Position numbers and translations under genes: made by a program. A model generated the notes under the pieces. The model worked only from the letters and a program-made list of their open reading frames with translations, was not told where the DNA came from and made no database searches. This document shows positions 35,561 through 48,820 of a stretch of 64,000 bases of DNA, in pieces. Each line of letters begins with the position of its first letter. Within the stretch, counting starts at the first letter, position 1. The stretch comes from Octopus sinensis (lineage: Eukaryota), in assembly GCF_006345805.1 (NCBI RefSeq), contig NC_043002.1, forward strand, positions 45,570,001 through 45,634,000, read 5' to 3'.

Positions 35561-36879
35561 ATAAACTAATCTTTTTTAATAGTACTTAATTCATCAATCC
35601 AGGACGGTTGTCAGGCAAAATTGGTCCCGGCGACATTTGAACTTGGAATGTTCAATAAAAAGTCTCAACTAAATACCGCGAGGTATTTTTGTATTCGATA
35701 TTCTACATCCCCTTTAAATGGAAATATCTAAAAATTTTCTCTACAATAGTAGAGTTGTACGGCCTTCAGATTCTTTCATAGGCAATACTTGGAAAGATGA
35801 TTCCATACCATTCCACAATGAAACACTTACTAAGCAAATCAAACAATGCAAATTTTTGATATTCATAAATAAAATAATTATACAAAACAGAAATTTTTAA
35901 AATAAGCACACACAGAAAGCAACAATATTCTCAATAAATTAATTATATAAGTAGCGGACTGACTGCAAAATGGAATCAAAGAGCTTTTCCGATATGTTCG
36001 ATAAGAGAGATACGAGCGTATAAAAGAAGTTTAGAATTTGATCCATATGTTAATGCGCGGATATTAAGATTGTAATGATTAGATATAATTCATAAACAAG
36101 AAAAAAAATCTTTCTTCAGCTTTAGAACAAACACCAAAAGCTAACTAAAAATTTTCAACTGCACGTTTTTGTTGTTTTTTTTTTTTTAACACATTCAGTC
36201 AGTGAACATACGTACGACTCGTCTTTATTTTATCGCAATATTTTATCCGATTTCAGTAATGCTATAAAATCTTACTGAATTGCACATAAATTTCGATTTT
36301 CTTTTCTTTTACAACAAACAAGGAAAATTATTATTTTTTTAAATCAGCAGAAAGAAATGATAATGCATTTAGAACCCCGCTATAAATTTGACTAAAATTT
36401 AGTTAGATATGGTTAATATTAGCTATTAATGCTATATTACTATTAGGAAATGTTAAAACTGAGTGCATATTTTGAAAGGAATATTTTAAAATTTTCAAAA
36501 GCAATGTTATTTAATGCATTAGAAAAATAATTAGACCTTAATATGGCGCCTTCAATCTTTCATACAAAAGAAACACGATACAGAATTGTACTTTTTCTGC
36601 ATTAAACTAACAATCCTTGGTTGAAAACAGCGATAAGAAACACAAGAATTACTATTTACGACATGTATATTATATATCATAGACATTGGAAACAAGATAT
36701 GATTATGATACTACTAATACTATTAATAACATTATTATAATAATAATCCTTGTTTTCTTCGTAGTCGTTCAACCTGCTAGAAAAGAAGTCAAATTTCGCT
36801 TCCTCACATGCTACTATCTTAAAAATAGAAGGACACATTGGATAATGTAGTCCCAGTTGCAATGAGTCTGATGAAAAAA

Positions 36880-37170
36880 AGGGCAGGATGGTTATGATTG
36901 GAGCATCTCTGATCACAAATCTTTTAAATCGGGGTTGACCTGGGACTAAAAACATGTTTTACAGAGGAATCCTCCATTCGATCAAACGATCTGCTAGAAA
37001 TGCCAACCAAATTTTCCCCAAATGATTATTCTACAGACTTAAAAAAAAAAAAAGGAAGCATACATGACAGAATAGTTCTAGACATACACTAAGAACACGA
37101 TAAAAAAAGACTGGACGGTCATGCCTGGAACTGCTCTGATCAAACAGACTTGCAAGCTAAACAACATGTA
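36880..37170 (+). repeat. Two degenerate copies of a SINE-like 3' tail (also 35050-35125, minus)
   Basis: Shared ggatggt..tgactgga..tc/gatca...ggactaaacaac pattern. Confidence 0.4.
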
Positions 37171-37639
37171 GTAATAACGAATTTTTTCAACAATAATGGT
37201 ATCAAAATTTGGCACAGGCTAATTTATGAATTTATATTAAATTTTTTTTTTTCTTATCGTGGTATTCCTATTTACTTTTTAACAGCTTCACTACAAAAAT
37301 CCTCCTCGAGGACCTAATTTCACAGCGAGATTAAAAACACACGAATATGTGTGATTATATTTATACAATAGGTTAGGTAACCTAACTCTTTAGAAACGGC
37401 ACTTCATTAAACATGCCGTGCCGCAGTTACTTAAATCATAAGCATATCAGAAGACTACATTTCTTTCTAATACCATACTCACATATGCACAAATATAATG
37501 CATAAATGCGTGTGTATGCGGTAAATAATGATACCCTACACACATACAAATTCAGTTTCCACAATGAAATCTTACATTATATATATATGTGTGTGTGTAT
37601 CTTTATATATTATTTCAAATAAATATACACACGCACACA

Positions 37640-38290
37640 TATGATTTTGAATTATATATAATTTATATATATATATACACACATATATAATTCATATATA
37701 TATATATACACATATATAATTCATATATTATATATATATATACACATATATAATTCATATATATATATATATACACATATATAATTCATATATATATATA
37801 TACACATATATAATTCATATATATATATATACACATATATAATTCATATATATATATATACACATATAATTCATATATATATATATACACATATAATTCA
37901 TATATATTATATACACATATATAATTCATATATATATATACACATATATAATTCATATATATTATATACACATATATAATTCATATATATATATATACAC
38001 ATATAATTCATATATAATATATATATATATTATATATATATATACACATATATAATTCATAATATATATATATATATACACATATATAATTCATATATAT
38101 ATTATATATATATATACACATATATAATTCATATATATATATAAATATAAAATTCATATATATATATATAAATATAAAATTCATTTATATACATAATTCA
38201 TAAACATTTATATAAAATTCATATACATTTATATATATATATATATATAAAATTCACATATATTTGTATATAAAATTTATATATATGAAT
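37640..38290. repeat. AT-rich minisatellite, unit about cacatatataattcatatatatatata
   Basis: About 20 tandem units of 21-29 bp with variable TA number. Confidence 0.9.
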
Positions 38291-41200
38291 TTAATGAGGG
38301 TCTTGCAGCTATTCAGCTATTCCTGCTACTGCAATATCTTAAAACGTCTCCTCTTCTTTTGCAATGTGTTACATACACATTTCACAAGTCATTAAAAATG
38401 CAATCTTCAGAAACAATAACGCTAAGTTGTTTTTTTTGTTTGTTTTTTTTTAATCCATCAATATAATCATCATTATCACTGTTAGGCTATATTTTAATGT
38501 AGTAGCACGTGCAAGAATGACTTTATACTAAGAGCAGCTACAAGAATATTTTGTGTATGAATATGCGCTTGTGTATGTGTGCGTGTGATTGCTTTCTTCG
38601 ACACAAGACCAGTTGTTGCAGAAAAGCGGGTTTTTAGTTGCTTATGCAGAAAGATTCAAGTAAATATATATATTATTTGCATGAATATTATCAATTCTAA
38701 ACGAATGAAAGGCAAAAAAAAAAAAACCACCTAAATGATATTTGAAATCAGGATCCTTGATAAAATAAACGAAATATTTTGTAATACGTTATCCGGCACT
38801 CTTATGTTTCGGCCAATTTTCCTGTAACTCAGAAATATGCATGTGATGCATATAAGAATTCTTTAAAAAAAACGATAAAACCAATTAAAATTACATAATA
38901 CAAGCACTATTCTACCTGCACATTGAATTCAGAGAATACAATATTTACGCATATTGAACAATAATTGATTTCTTACCAATATCATAACTCCCGATAAATC
39001 TTGCACAAGGATGAAACGAACAAAATTTGTTCCAATGAAGACGGAAAAACACAAAATGAAGAGGGTCCTAAACAGGGGGGACAACTTTGGAGTAGTACAT
39101 TGTTTCCGACGAAGTAAATGGTCGTAAATATGTAACCGAACTATCATTTGAGGTTGCAGTTTATCTATTTCGTGAAAAAATTAGTAATTATTTCAAAGAA
39201 CTTTTTTAATTTGTAAGATTCAAATATGCTTCCATTGCAGGATTAACTGAAAATAAAATGGCCAAAATTGAAACCACGTTAGAATTTAAGTTATCTGCCC
39301 ATTATTTAACGTCAACATTAGTGTAACTAAACACATTACATATATTATAAGTCTCATTATAATCAAGTGTTCTACTACACCTGTTTAGCTAAATAGAAAG
39401 AAATAACCAACGGAGTATGTTGTTATTTATTCCAAGTTGACCCTGTATGGGCAGACCTATAAGCCAAAGCATTTAATCTAGAACAAGATTGTCCTTCCCT
39501 TTTTAAGACAGTAAAAAGTGATTTGAGAGTTTTAATTGCCGTAAGTAAGCAGGTTGGGGTTCCCTCGTTAGTTCGTTGCTACTGGAAGGTGCTGTCTAGT
39601 ATTTAGATCAAAATTTTTCTTACTAGTTTTAGAAATCTGAAAAGCCCAAAGCTAAAATAATTGTACATAAATGATTACGGTTTACTTGATTTTTAAATAT
39701 AATTTCATATATACTCTAACACAAACACCTTTTGGGTCAAGAGGTAATTATTCGTTGTATGTGTTGTTAAAAATTAAAACATTTATTGTTTATATGATTA
39801 TTATTGTCAGAAAGCTCTTTTTCCTCGTCAATCGTATTCTTTTGTGAAATTTTGTGTAAAATTGATGGCTCCTTTCCAAATGAAATTTTCGTCATGGTCT
39901 AACCTTATTAGCTGCCCTTGGGAAACATCAATCACACACAGAGGCGCTACAATAATACCTACGAACCCGCTGCAAATAAATCCCCAGTTATTTTTGTCCG
40001 GATCATTAGTGAGATAATAAAGACGATGAAATAACGGGAAATTTAATTATTGATATGTTACTGGGACAAGTAAGAAAAAATAAACTGGATGAAAAGGAAA
40101 ACACCCGAAAACGACTTTGAAACATTGATTAGTGACACTAAAATATTTAGAAACGGTTTTTCTTTGGGATTTACTAAATTTATCTCGAGAACATACCACC
40201 GACTGTCACACGTGTCAGTACAAATAGAATGAAATAAAATGAATTTTCTTCAAAAACCTTTTAAAAGGGATTTGTTTTGAATGTGTTGCGATTCTACGTT
40301 ATTTGAATAATTGGCGTATCACGTGAAGGGCAAATACTCTTACTATTTCTGATTCTCCCACTTGAGAGAAGTATTGTCGAAGAACAAAGAATGAGAACCA
40401 ATTGTTATTGAAATTTGGGACAAAGTCAGCAGTTTGGATAAATCTAATTCCGCCCGCCCAACTGTTTCACCTGGAAATGTCGGACATTACGACGCATCAC
40501 AAAATGAGACAGTGTTATTTTTCCGGACAGAGGCAAAAAATTTTTATTCCAGTTTATTTCATTTGAGAATATTACAATAAAAATTCTTCAGAAAACAATT
40601 CCATGAAAAAAAGCATAATCTCCAGCGAGACGCTAATAAAGTCAGAAACTTCTTTATCGTCAGTCCAGCTTGCTTGAGGTTGGAAAATGTATTTTACGGA
40701 TAGATTACGTTGTACCTTGTTCCGTTCAGTTAGTGATGAGGTGAATGTATTGCAAACGGTGTCGTCCTGTATGATACTCGTGCCATTTAGCCAAAAGTAA
40801 AGAATCAGTTCACCAGCTCCTCGTCGTTCTTGGACAATTCCACTGATTATGGGTCGTTTAATGATTAGGTTTATTTCGTTGTAGCGACCTACTTTGAACC
40901 ATCATGACGATCCATGAAGTCTCTGAAATTGAAGGGCTTATCATAACACCTCATTCCTCTCCGTACACCATCTGAGGGTAATTTCCTGATATAAATTTGA
41001 GCTTAAGAATAATTCTGATGTGGAGTTCATCCGGCTAAATAAACAAACGATGTTTCTCACTCACCGAAAGTATTTTGAGTATCGTTAGGATTGATCAAAA
41101 AGAGAATAAAAAATGTGTTTTCATGGTAATTGTCCTAAACGTAATCAAGTTTTCCTGCTTCAGGACTAACAATCTAAACTCCCTCCACATTTGTAGAGCA

Positions 41201-41669
41201 TCATCCACCTTCCTGTTCGAACCAGTCCATGTTGGAAAGGAGAGAATGCTGCCCATCAAAGAGGAACAAAGATGAATGGATCGAAGGAAGCGGGGTAGAG
41301 ATAGAGAAGAGAATTTGCGTAAACCTTGAATCGTTTACGATCAGTTGCCGGAACACACAATAGCGAAGTGAGCTTGACATTGACTAAACTTTCAAGTTTT
41401 TCATAAATTAAATTGTCAGAGTGTTGCAGGAAGCCGAATGAGAAACTCATCCTCAAAATGTATACTAACTTAGTGATAGTTAAATAATTTCTAAGAATAA
41501 GTCTTGATGGAGCTCGACTACATTAATGTTTTCAATAATTGCTTGAGCTTTAACATATTAGAAAGAAAAAGAGTTTAGAAGCATGATTGGGAATCGAGGC
41601 TCCAAAAGAAACACGCCGAATGCGGAGAATATACTATGAAGGCGAAAATAATGACTGAGTATTCAAAGT

Positions 41670-41925
41670 TCACTTGACAATACAAAGGCCGAGCTGGTGA
41701 CCAAGATCAAGGAGGTGTTCTAAGATCTTCCCGTAGCAACAGTGGAGAACACATACGCCAGGTTCCGGAGCTGTCTTAAAGCCGTGATGGAAGCAGGAGA
41801 CAGCTACATTGAGTAAGCTGTTATCAACCAGTCATAATTTAGTTATTTTATGATCTTTTAAAATATTTTAATTTTATTGTTTACTTACCCTTTTACGCTT
41901 GCGCAAATTTAATCCGAACACCACA
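41670..41925 (+). mobile_element. Tc1/mariner 3' end
   Basis: NTKAELVTKIKEVF*DLPVATVENTYARFRSCLKAVMEAGDSYIE* is a typical transposase C-terminus; TIR-like aaatttaatccgaacacc. Confidence 0.65.
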
Positions 41926-41944
41926 TATATATATGTATGTATGT

Positions 41945-42498
41945 TCTCTCCTGACACATGGGAAGACATAGCTATTGATCGTAGCAGGTGGAGAAGGATT
42001 GTGCACGAGGGGACAGCCACTTTTGAGAAATCTCGAGTTGCACATGAGAAAGTAAGGAGGGATGTCAGGAAGGGCATCGCTGTTACACTTCCAGATGGGA
42101 AGGGTCTTCCTTTGATGCTGACATGCAATGTCTGTGCAAGACCCTGCCTCAGTAAAGCTGGACTCAAGAGTCATCTTCGTAGTCATAAAGCGAGACAGAT
42201 GAGTGACAACCTGGCCACTGGTGGTGGTGTAACACACCATACTAATCATATCTGTCGGGCATGTGGAAGAGAGTGTAATTCGGCAGGAGGACTTAAACGA
42301 CATGCAAAGGTACATGAAGCCCAGTTACAACTACAGCCAGCTGTTACCGGTAAAGGTATTAGTTGTCAATTCTGTACAAGACATTGTAGATCTTTAGCTG
42401 GGCTAAAATGTCACATTCGATCACAGCACCAGTAACAGTTAAGCTTCGTGCAATGGCCATACTCGATAACGAGGGGGCAGCCATAATGTATGTATGTA
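41945..42498 (+). mobile_element. RTE BovB-like LINE 3' end with three C2H2 fingers
   Basis: SPDTWEDIAIDRSRWRRIVHEGTATFE, then three CxxC..H..H motifs, a short 3' UTR and an (ATGT)n tail. Confidence 0.85.
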
Positions 42499-42702
42499 TA
42501 TATAACATATATATATTATATACATATATATAATAACAATAATATACCAATGATATTTCTATTATATGTAATTTTCTAGATGGTGTAATTTAATTGTTCA
42601 TTTTGTCAACAAATGGGTTTACTTTATAATGAAACTCTTTTAAGAGCATTCAATGCCACCGAAACGTTGAAATCATTGCCTCAGTGAGGTCGATAGTACG
42701 TC

Positions 42703-43070
42703 ATCAAATACACACTGAAAGGAAATGACCAAGCTGCTATTCGAATAAATACTAAGAAAATTAATCAATATCTAATGGAACATCTGAAGTAGCTGCATCC
42801 ATTTTAGGATTTTCAATTCATGAAAGAGCACCTGCTATAGCGAAACTGCAAGTTTATCTACCAGATGAACAAAGAATATTACTAAGAAATAATGAGGATA
42901 TATATGACTGTCAATGAACGATATATGAGAGCAACATTGACAGAATTTTTTTCATTGTGCATCAGTGATGATATTGCAAATGATGACTTTATGCTGAAGT
43001 ACCCATGTATTTCACTTAGAACAGTAGTAACAAAGAATGGCAAAGAAGAAAGTGAGGGGAAAAAAGTTTG
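42703..43070 (+). mobile_element. Helitron Rep-helicase linker fragment
   Basis: IKYTLKGNDQA...INQYL...SEVAASILGFSIHERAPAIAKLQVYLPDEQRI...TLTEFF..C..D...YAEVPMYFT, with frameshifts. Confidence 0.7.
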
Positions 43071-43147
43071 AATGTTTTTAAAGAAGAAATGCTTGGATGT
43101 ATTTGTTATCGTACCAAAGGCAACAGAACTGTATCGCTTAAGAATTT

Positions 43148-43345
43148 TATTTGTTTCAGTTATTTGACTGCGGTCATGTTGGAGCACTGCCTTTAGTCGA
43201 AGAAATCGACCCCATGACTTATTCTTTGTAAGCCTAGTACTTATTCTATCGGTGTCTTTTGTCGAAGCGCTAAGTTACGGGTACGTAAACACACCAACAT
43301 CGGTTGTCCAGCTATGGCAGGGGGACAAATACAAATACACACACA
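43148..43345 (-). mobile_element. SINE family A 3' half
   Basis: Matches the family A tail. Confidence 0.8.
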
Positions 43346-44744
43346 TATATGTATGTATATATATACTATACTAATCTATAATATAAATTGGACATGGGTG
43401 ATCGTGTATTCTTTCTTGTCTTGAGGTTCACAGCCAAACGGCTGGGTTGATTATCGTGAAAAAATGGCACACATGTGGAGACGGGTGCATAGATTGGAAT
43501 GCGGTTTGTATTTTTTCCTAGCCCCCATACTTACCGAAAAAATCGATTAAAACTTTTCTAATGGAATTACCCCGCCATTAAAACAACCAGTTGTTCACAC
43601 AGCCAGCATCTACCATTTCGCTAGCAACAAGGGGAGTACAGGATGACAGTCAGCCAAAGCCATACGTACATACATACATAACCTCTCTCTCCTTTTCTCT
43701 GTCAGTCACTTACATTCACTCACTACAAAAAGTGAATAACAAAATTTCAGTTGACTCTCTCTTGGCCATACTCAGATACATACATCTATGTATACATACA
43801 TACGTAATAACCAGCATGCCACTGAAGCCATTCATAAATACATAACGTCTCTCTCTCTCTCGCTTTTTCTCTGTCAATCACTCACTACAAAAAGTGAATA
43901 AAAAATTTCAGTTATCTCTCTCTCTCTCACACACACCAGCAACATTACTCTCTCTCTCTCTTCACACACACACTAACAAAAGCAATTCACATACACACCA
44001 CACATTCTGTTTCGCACACCCCATCAAGTACACACGCACGCACGTCAATTCTTCCGCTTCACGCCAACTTCAGAACTTCATTCATATAATCGCGCTCTCT
44101 CTGTGTCTCTTTCGCTTTCTCGCCGACTTCAAAAGATCCCCTTTTCACCCAACCCCATTTAAAAAAAAAACAGAATGAAGTTGTAAGAGAAAAGAAACCG
44201 AGCTGGTGAAAGTTAGGGAAGTTGTGTCTCATAGTCGCTGATTGTAACCTTCTTTCTCCCTCTGGCCGTTTGTCTTTAGTGGTTGCCTGCTTGTGGCCAT
44301 GGCTCTAGTTAGTCTCTGTTCACTAACTGATGGTCACTCTCACTAACTATTTCTTTATTTGGCACTACAAGGGCAGACAGAACATCACTGTGGGGACAAA
44401 AAACATAAAACGAATGATGTTATACAATGAAAATGAAATGGCTGCATGGGCCCCACTACCATACAGTACCATTTGAACGTTTAATACACTGTTTACAATC
44501 GTTCATTTTCCTTTGTTTTTCCCCTTATCATCATTTTTTCCTCTTTTTTTAAAAAAAAACAATTTTACTTTTTTTCCCTTTTTCTCAATAAACAATTTTA
44601 CTTACTTTTTTCCTTTTGTAGTATTTCATAAAAGGTTCAAGTATTTATAACTATCTAAAACCAGCTAGAAGGGTAGACATTGTTGAGAACAACAGATTTT
44701 GTTGGTGGTACACCTGTTATCGCTATTCAAGCTTTTGGTGGCCT

Positions 44745-44935
44745 AGAAGAGGTTAGAAGGGTCAAGTGGCAAAGACATTATATTGCTTAGCGAAGGCATC
44801 TTTCAAATGTAACAGCTGTCACTCACAGAAAAACTATTGTTTTACCGTGAGAAAAGTGCTGTTGAACTGTTAAGTGAAATTTGGCGATCGAGGATCGAAT
44901 CCACGCTCTACCTGCATGAAGCTACTACAATCTTC
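44745..44935 (-). mobile_element. tRNA-like SINE family E
   Basis: Reverse-complement match to 9885-10100. Confidence 0.6.
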
Positions 44936-45627
44936 TCTAAATGCATTACAAACACTATAACATATTCAGAACACTATTTCAGAAAATTATCACCGTTCTG
45001 TTTGAGCATATAGTAGACATCGTTAGCTGGGGCAAAATGAGTAGACAAGATACGGTAAATTTGCCTCTTCATTTTTGCAGAATTACATTTGAAAAATGAC
45101 TCATGGACATCAATATCCTTACTTTGAAATCAGAAATGCAACAAAAATTTTAAATATTTAGGTCAAATTAAGGAAAATCATGGGAAAATTGCACGATATG
45201 AAATCAACAAAACTTGACTAAATCTAAAAACTCAATATAAGATATTCTCTATAGCTTCTTCATGATCTGCTGGAGTGGGTCTTTCCGCCATATTTACACA
45301 TCATGCAGTTAAAGAGAAGAAATTATTGAAATTAGTCGATCCTCATTTTGCCCCAGTTTAGACTCATTCTGAAAATTGAAACTTATCAAATTAGACATTA
45401 GTGTGGGAAAAGATTGACTTGGAATCCAACAGAGGAAAGAATATTGATTGTTAAACACCAAAAATTATCCAGATATTTTATTGGCAACCTCAATTACAAT
45501 CGGGTGAAAGTTGAGGAAAAACGTCTTGAAAAAAAAGGTACCTGTCACCTGACAATGTTTCAAATTCTCTCAACTTCAACAACTAAGCTGACCAATTTTT
45601 ACTCCTAAAAGTAATGCTATACGTGGA

Positions 45628-45840
45628 AACGTTAGCATGCCGGGCAAAATGCTTAATGGCATTTCGTCCATCTTTGCACTCTGAGTTTAAATTCTACTGG
45701 AGTCGACTTTGCTTTTCGTCCTCTCGGTGTCGATAAAATAAGTACCTGTTGAACACTGCGGGAGGGGGGGGGTTATGTAATTGACTTATCCCTCCACCCC
45801 TCAAAAATTGCTGGTCTTGTGCCAAAATTTGAAGCCAATT
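45628..45840 (+). mobile_element. Nin-domain-like SINE
   Basis: gtcgactttgcttttcgtcctctcggtgtcgataaaataagtacc resembles the Nin/Deu SINE core. Confidence 0.65.
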
Positions 45841-46819
45841 AGTTGATACAATGCAATATCAAGATAGTTTGTAGATAACCATTATGGCTATATTTTCCAA
45901 ATATTCTTAAGGTTCTTTGCCTCAAAGAGAATGTCTTTCATTCACATCAGAATACCTTGATATATTTTTCTTTTATCAATGAATCAAGCAATCAAAATAA
46001 TTATTTAATTTCTATTAAATAATAATAATTTTTGTCGAACTAAAGTAAAAGAGTACTATAAGCATAAAGAATGGTTTGAACTCCACCTATATTTGACGCT
46101 CTAACAGTTGATATATAAATGGTAAACAATAACAATTTGAATGCGTTACTTTTGGAGAAGTCAAAATTTATCTCGTCTTATATCTGACACGGTGGTATTG
46201 ATTTTCACCATGCTTCATTTAATATAAATTATATAAAAAAGAAAAATATTTATTCCTGTTTATTGTGTGTTTACTAGCTAATAGATGAGAAAAAACACTG
46301 ACAAAATTCGTGAACACTATTGAATCGAAATTAAGCGAGATGTTATCATTTTGTTGTCTGTATTGTTATATATGAAAACTATACAAAACAACAGGGAAAA
46401 GAGGAATATCTTTGATAATTTTAACAATTGATGAAAAAATTCAGTTAATTCGCAGAAAAGGAACTCGTACAAAGGAACACCGATACTTCTTGTCCGAATT
46501 AATTAAATGTATTTAGTGCTTTTTTTTTATTAAATTTACATTTGGAATTTATTATTATAATGATGTCGAATTTGTCACTGATTAAAAAATACTTTATGCA
46601 CTAAAATAAATAAATAAATAAATAAATAAAACTGTCAATACAATCGTGTTAGAGAGTATCATATTCAATCTTCTCTGTTGCAAGTGTTCGAATCACGCTG
46701 TAAGTGTTTGGTTACAGAAAATTTTGTTTATAATCTAAATTAGACACATTGAATGTACTGTTCATATACGTGGAATTAAATGCACTACTAGGAGATTGTA
46801 AACAGAATGTTTTTGTTTC

Positions 46820-46882
46820 TCCTTTAAAATTCATCGATGTAGTATATTCTCAAGGCATTCTCAGTGTAACCATAGGGTAGAG
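46820..46882 (+). promoter_or_regulatory. Candidate 5' UTR exon donor of the hnRNP C-like gene
   Basis: gag|gtaagc consensus donor at 46883 in unique, mildly CpG-rich sequence upstream of the 50158 acceptor. Confidence 0.3.
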
Positions 46883-48820
46883 GTAAGCTCTCGGCCTGTC
46901 TAGTTTGCGACCCGTTTCCTACTCCCAGTTGTAGACATTTAGCACGTTACTTCTTTTATGAGACATGAACACCAACAAATCGATATAAATATTTATTCTG
47001 TATAAATCAGTTCTAGTAATTAGTAGCTTTTTGTCTTTATTTACATTGTGTTTCAATTATCTTAGATCGGAGAACATTTTAATAATATTTCTTAGCTGCT
47101 TTCCGGGTAAATTTGGTGTATTTTGAATATACTTTCTGCAAATTCATTTTATTTTTTCGGCGAGTAGCGTGGGATTTTAAATAAATATTTCCATATAATT
47201 ATCTTGATTAGTTGATTGAAAAGATATATATTTTCGTCATCGACCTCTGTAACATCACGCTTTAACATTTATCCTAGTCTTAATTAGCTTAAACTGTATT
47301 AATTGCTGAAAAAAAATATATAAAAATCCTCCCCTTGCTTTGTATTTCATCATTTAAAAAATTTTAATTTTACCCAGCTAATTTAAAGTAAAGAATATTT
47401 TTAATATCCAATAAATGCTATTATTTGAAGAAAGACTAATAAAAAAAGTGCTGAAGAATTATTTATTTTTTTTTCTCCGGTATTGTCTTTCAATATATTT
47501 ATTCATTGTCACCGGTCAATGTAAGTAAGCGGTAAAATGCTCGAAAATTGAATTATTTTGATGAATATTTAGTCCGTTTTAAGAATTTCCTAATTTTTAA
47601 ATCTATTCTAAATACAATTTCATTTTGTCTATTTATTCTTTAATAATATCTCCTCCCCTCAACTTTAGCCTTGTCTGTTCTTATTCTTATAAAGGAAATC
47701 GCTTCATAAATCTCGAGCGTTTTTTTCATGTTCCATATGTTAGTTGAAATAATTTGTGATTTAAAGCTATGATTTTGAAACACAGTTGTTAATTGATACG
47801 TTACTTTTTCTGCAATGATGCTTCATTACGTTATTGCTTGAATTAAAAATATTTATTCAGGTCGACGTTAACGAATTACCAATTATTGTTACATGCTTTT
47901 CATGTGCAAAATTAAATTAGATATGGAGACGGTGATAGTCCGTTATTATATCTCTGCAGAATTTGTCTAAAGCATACTATCAGATTTTATTTGAATAAAC
48001 CAGAAATTGCTACCTACATATTTCCAAGATGCAGCTATATTTTATTACCTTAAATTTCCGACAGTCTTTTGACATGATGTTGTATGCTTGTTCCTCTTTA
48101 TGTTTTTCAGGAAATTAGTTCTCTTTTTGCATTATCAAACCACGTTGTTTCTCACATTTCATATAATTATGCATTTTTCTTTTAAATTCAAAATATTAGC
48201 AATTCTTATTAACATTTAGTTTATCTTGTTAATTAGTCTGCTTTCTCTAAATATATACGGCTCTTAGCTTCGATGACATTTTTTTCTCAATGGATACCAA
48301 GAAATGCCATTGTCCTTTAACACGGAAAGGAGAGAGGGCCAGATAGAATGAAACACTTTTCTCCAAAATTTATTCTGCCATTGTTTTTTTTTTTTCTATC
48401 ATTCATTCACTATATTAATTTTATAATACTCTGAAATAATTAGTTGTGTAACTAATTTAACTGCATAAATGACCTCTGCAGCGACAGATCTAAGTTGCCT
48501 GAGTATTCTTGTACAATAAAAAATGTATAAACAAAAAGCAAAAACCTAACCTGCGAAATAAAACTGAAATGGGGAAATTCAGGACATTATCGTCTATTTA
48601 TATTATGTCTTGTATTTTGAAGATCTAACTGTCGAAGAACTTTTAGTATAAAACAATGTAAATTGTGTGGTTTTACTCAATTCCTGTTTCTCATTTACCC
48701 TGTGTGTGTGTGTGTCCAATTTCTTAAAAAGTATAACTAAAAATTTTGAACTGTTCCCAAACATTTTTCACGTTTTTGTTTTTTCATTTGTCGTGTATCC
48801 AGTTTATAGGGATACTTTTT

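Noticed and set aside
16210-38000. Numerous YI/HT/CV-repeat ORFs in the track
   Set aside because: Translations of TA/CA microsatellites.
40620-41070. Possible mariner transposase on the plus strand
   Set aside because: Only vague similarity (LYDT, PHSSPY); no consistent DDD frame or TIRs.
44210-44230. U12-like branch site ttccctaac on the minus strand
   Set aside because: No RTATCCTT 5' splice site nearby on that strand.
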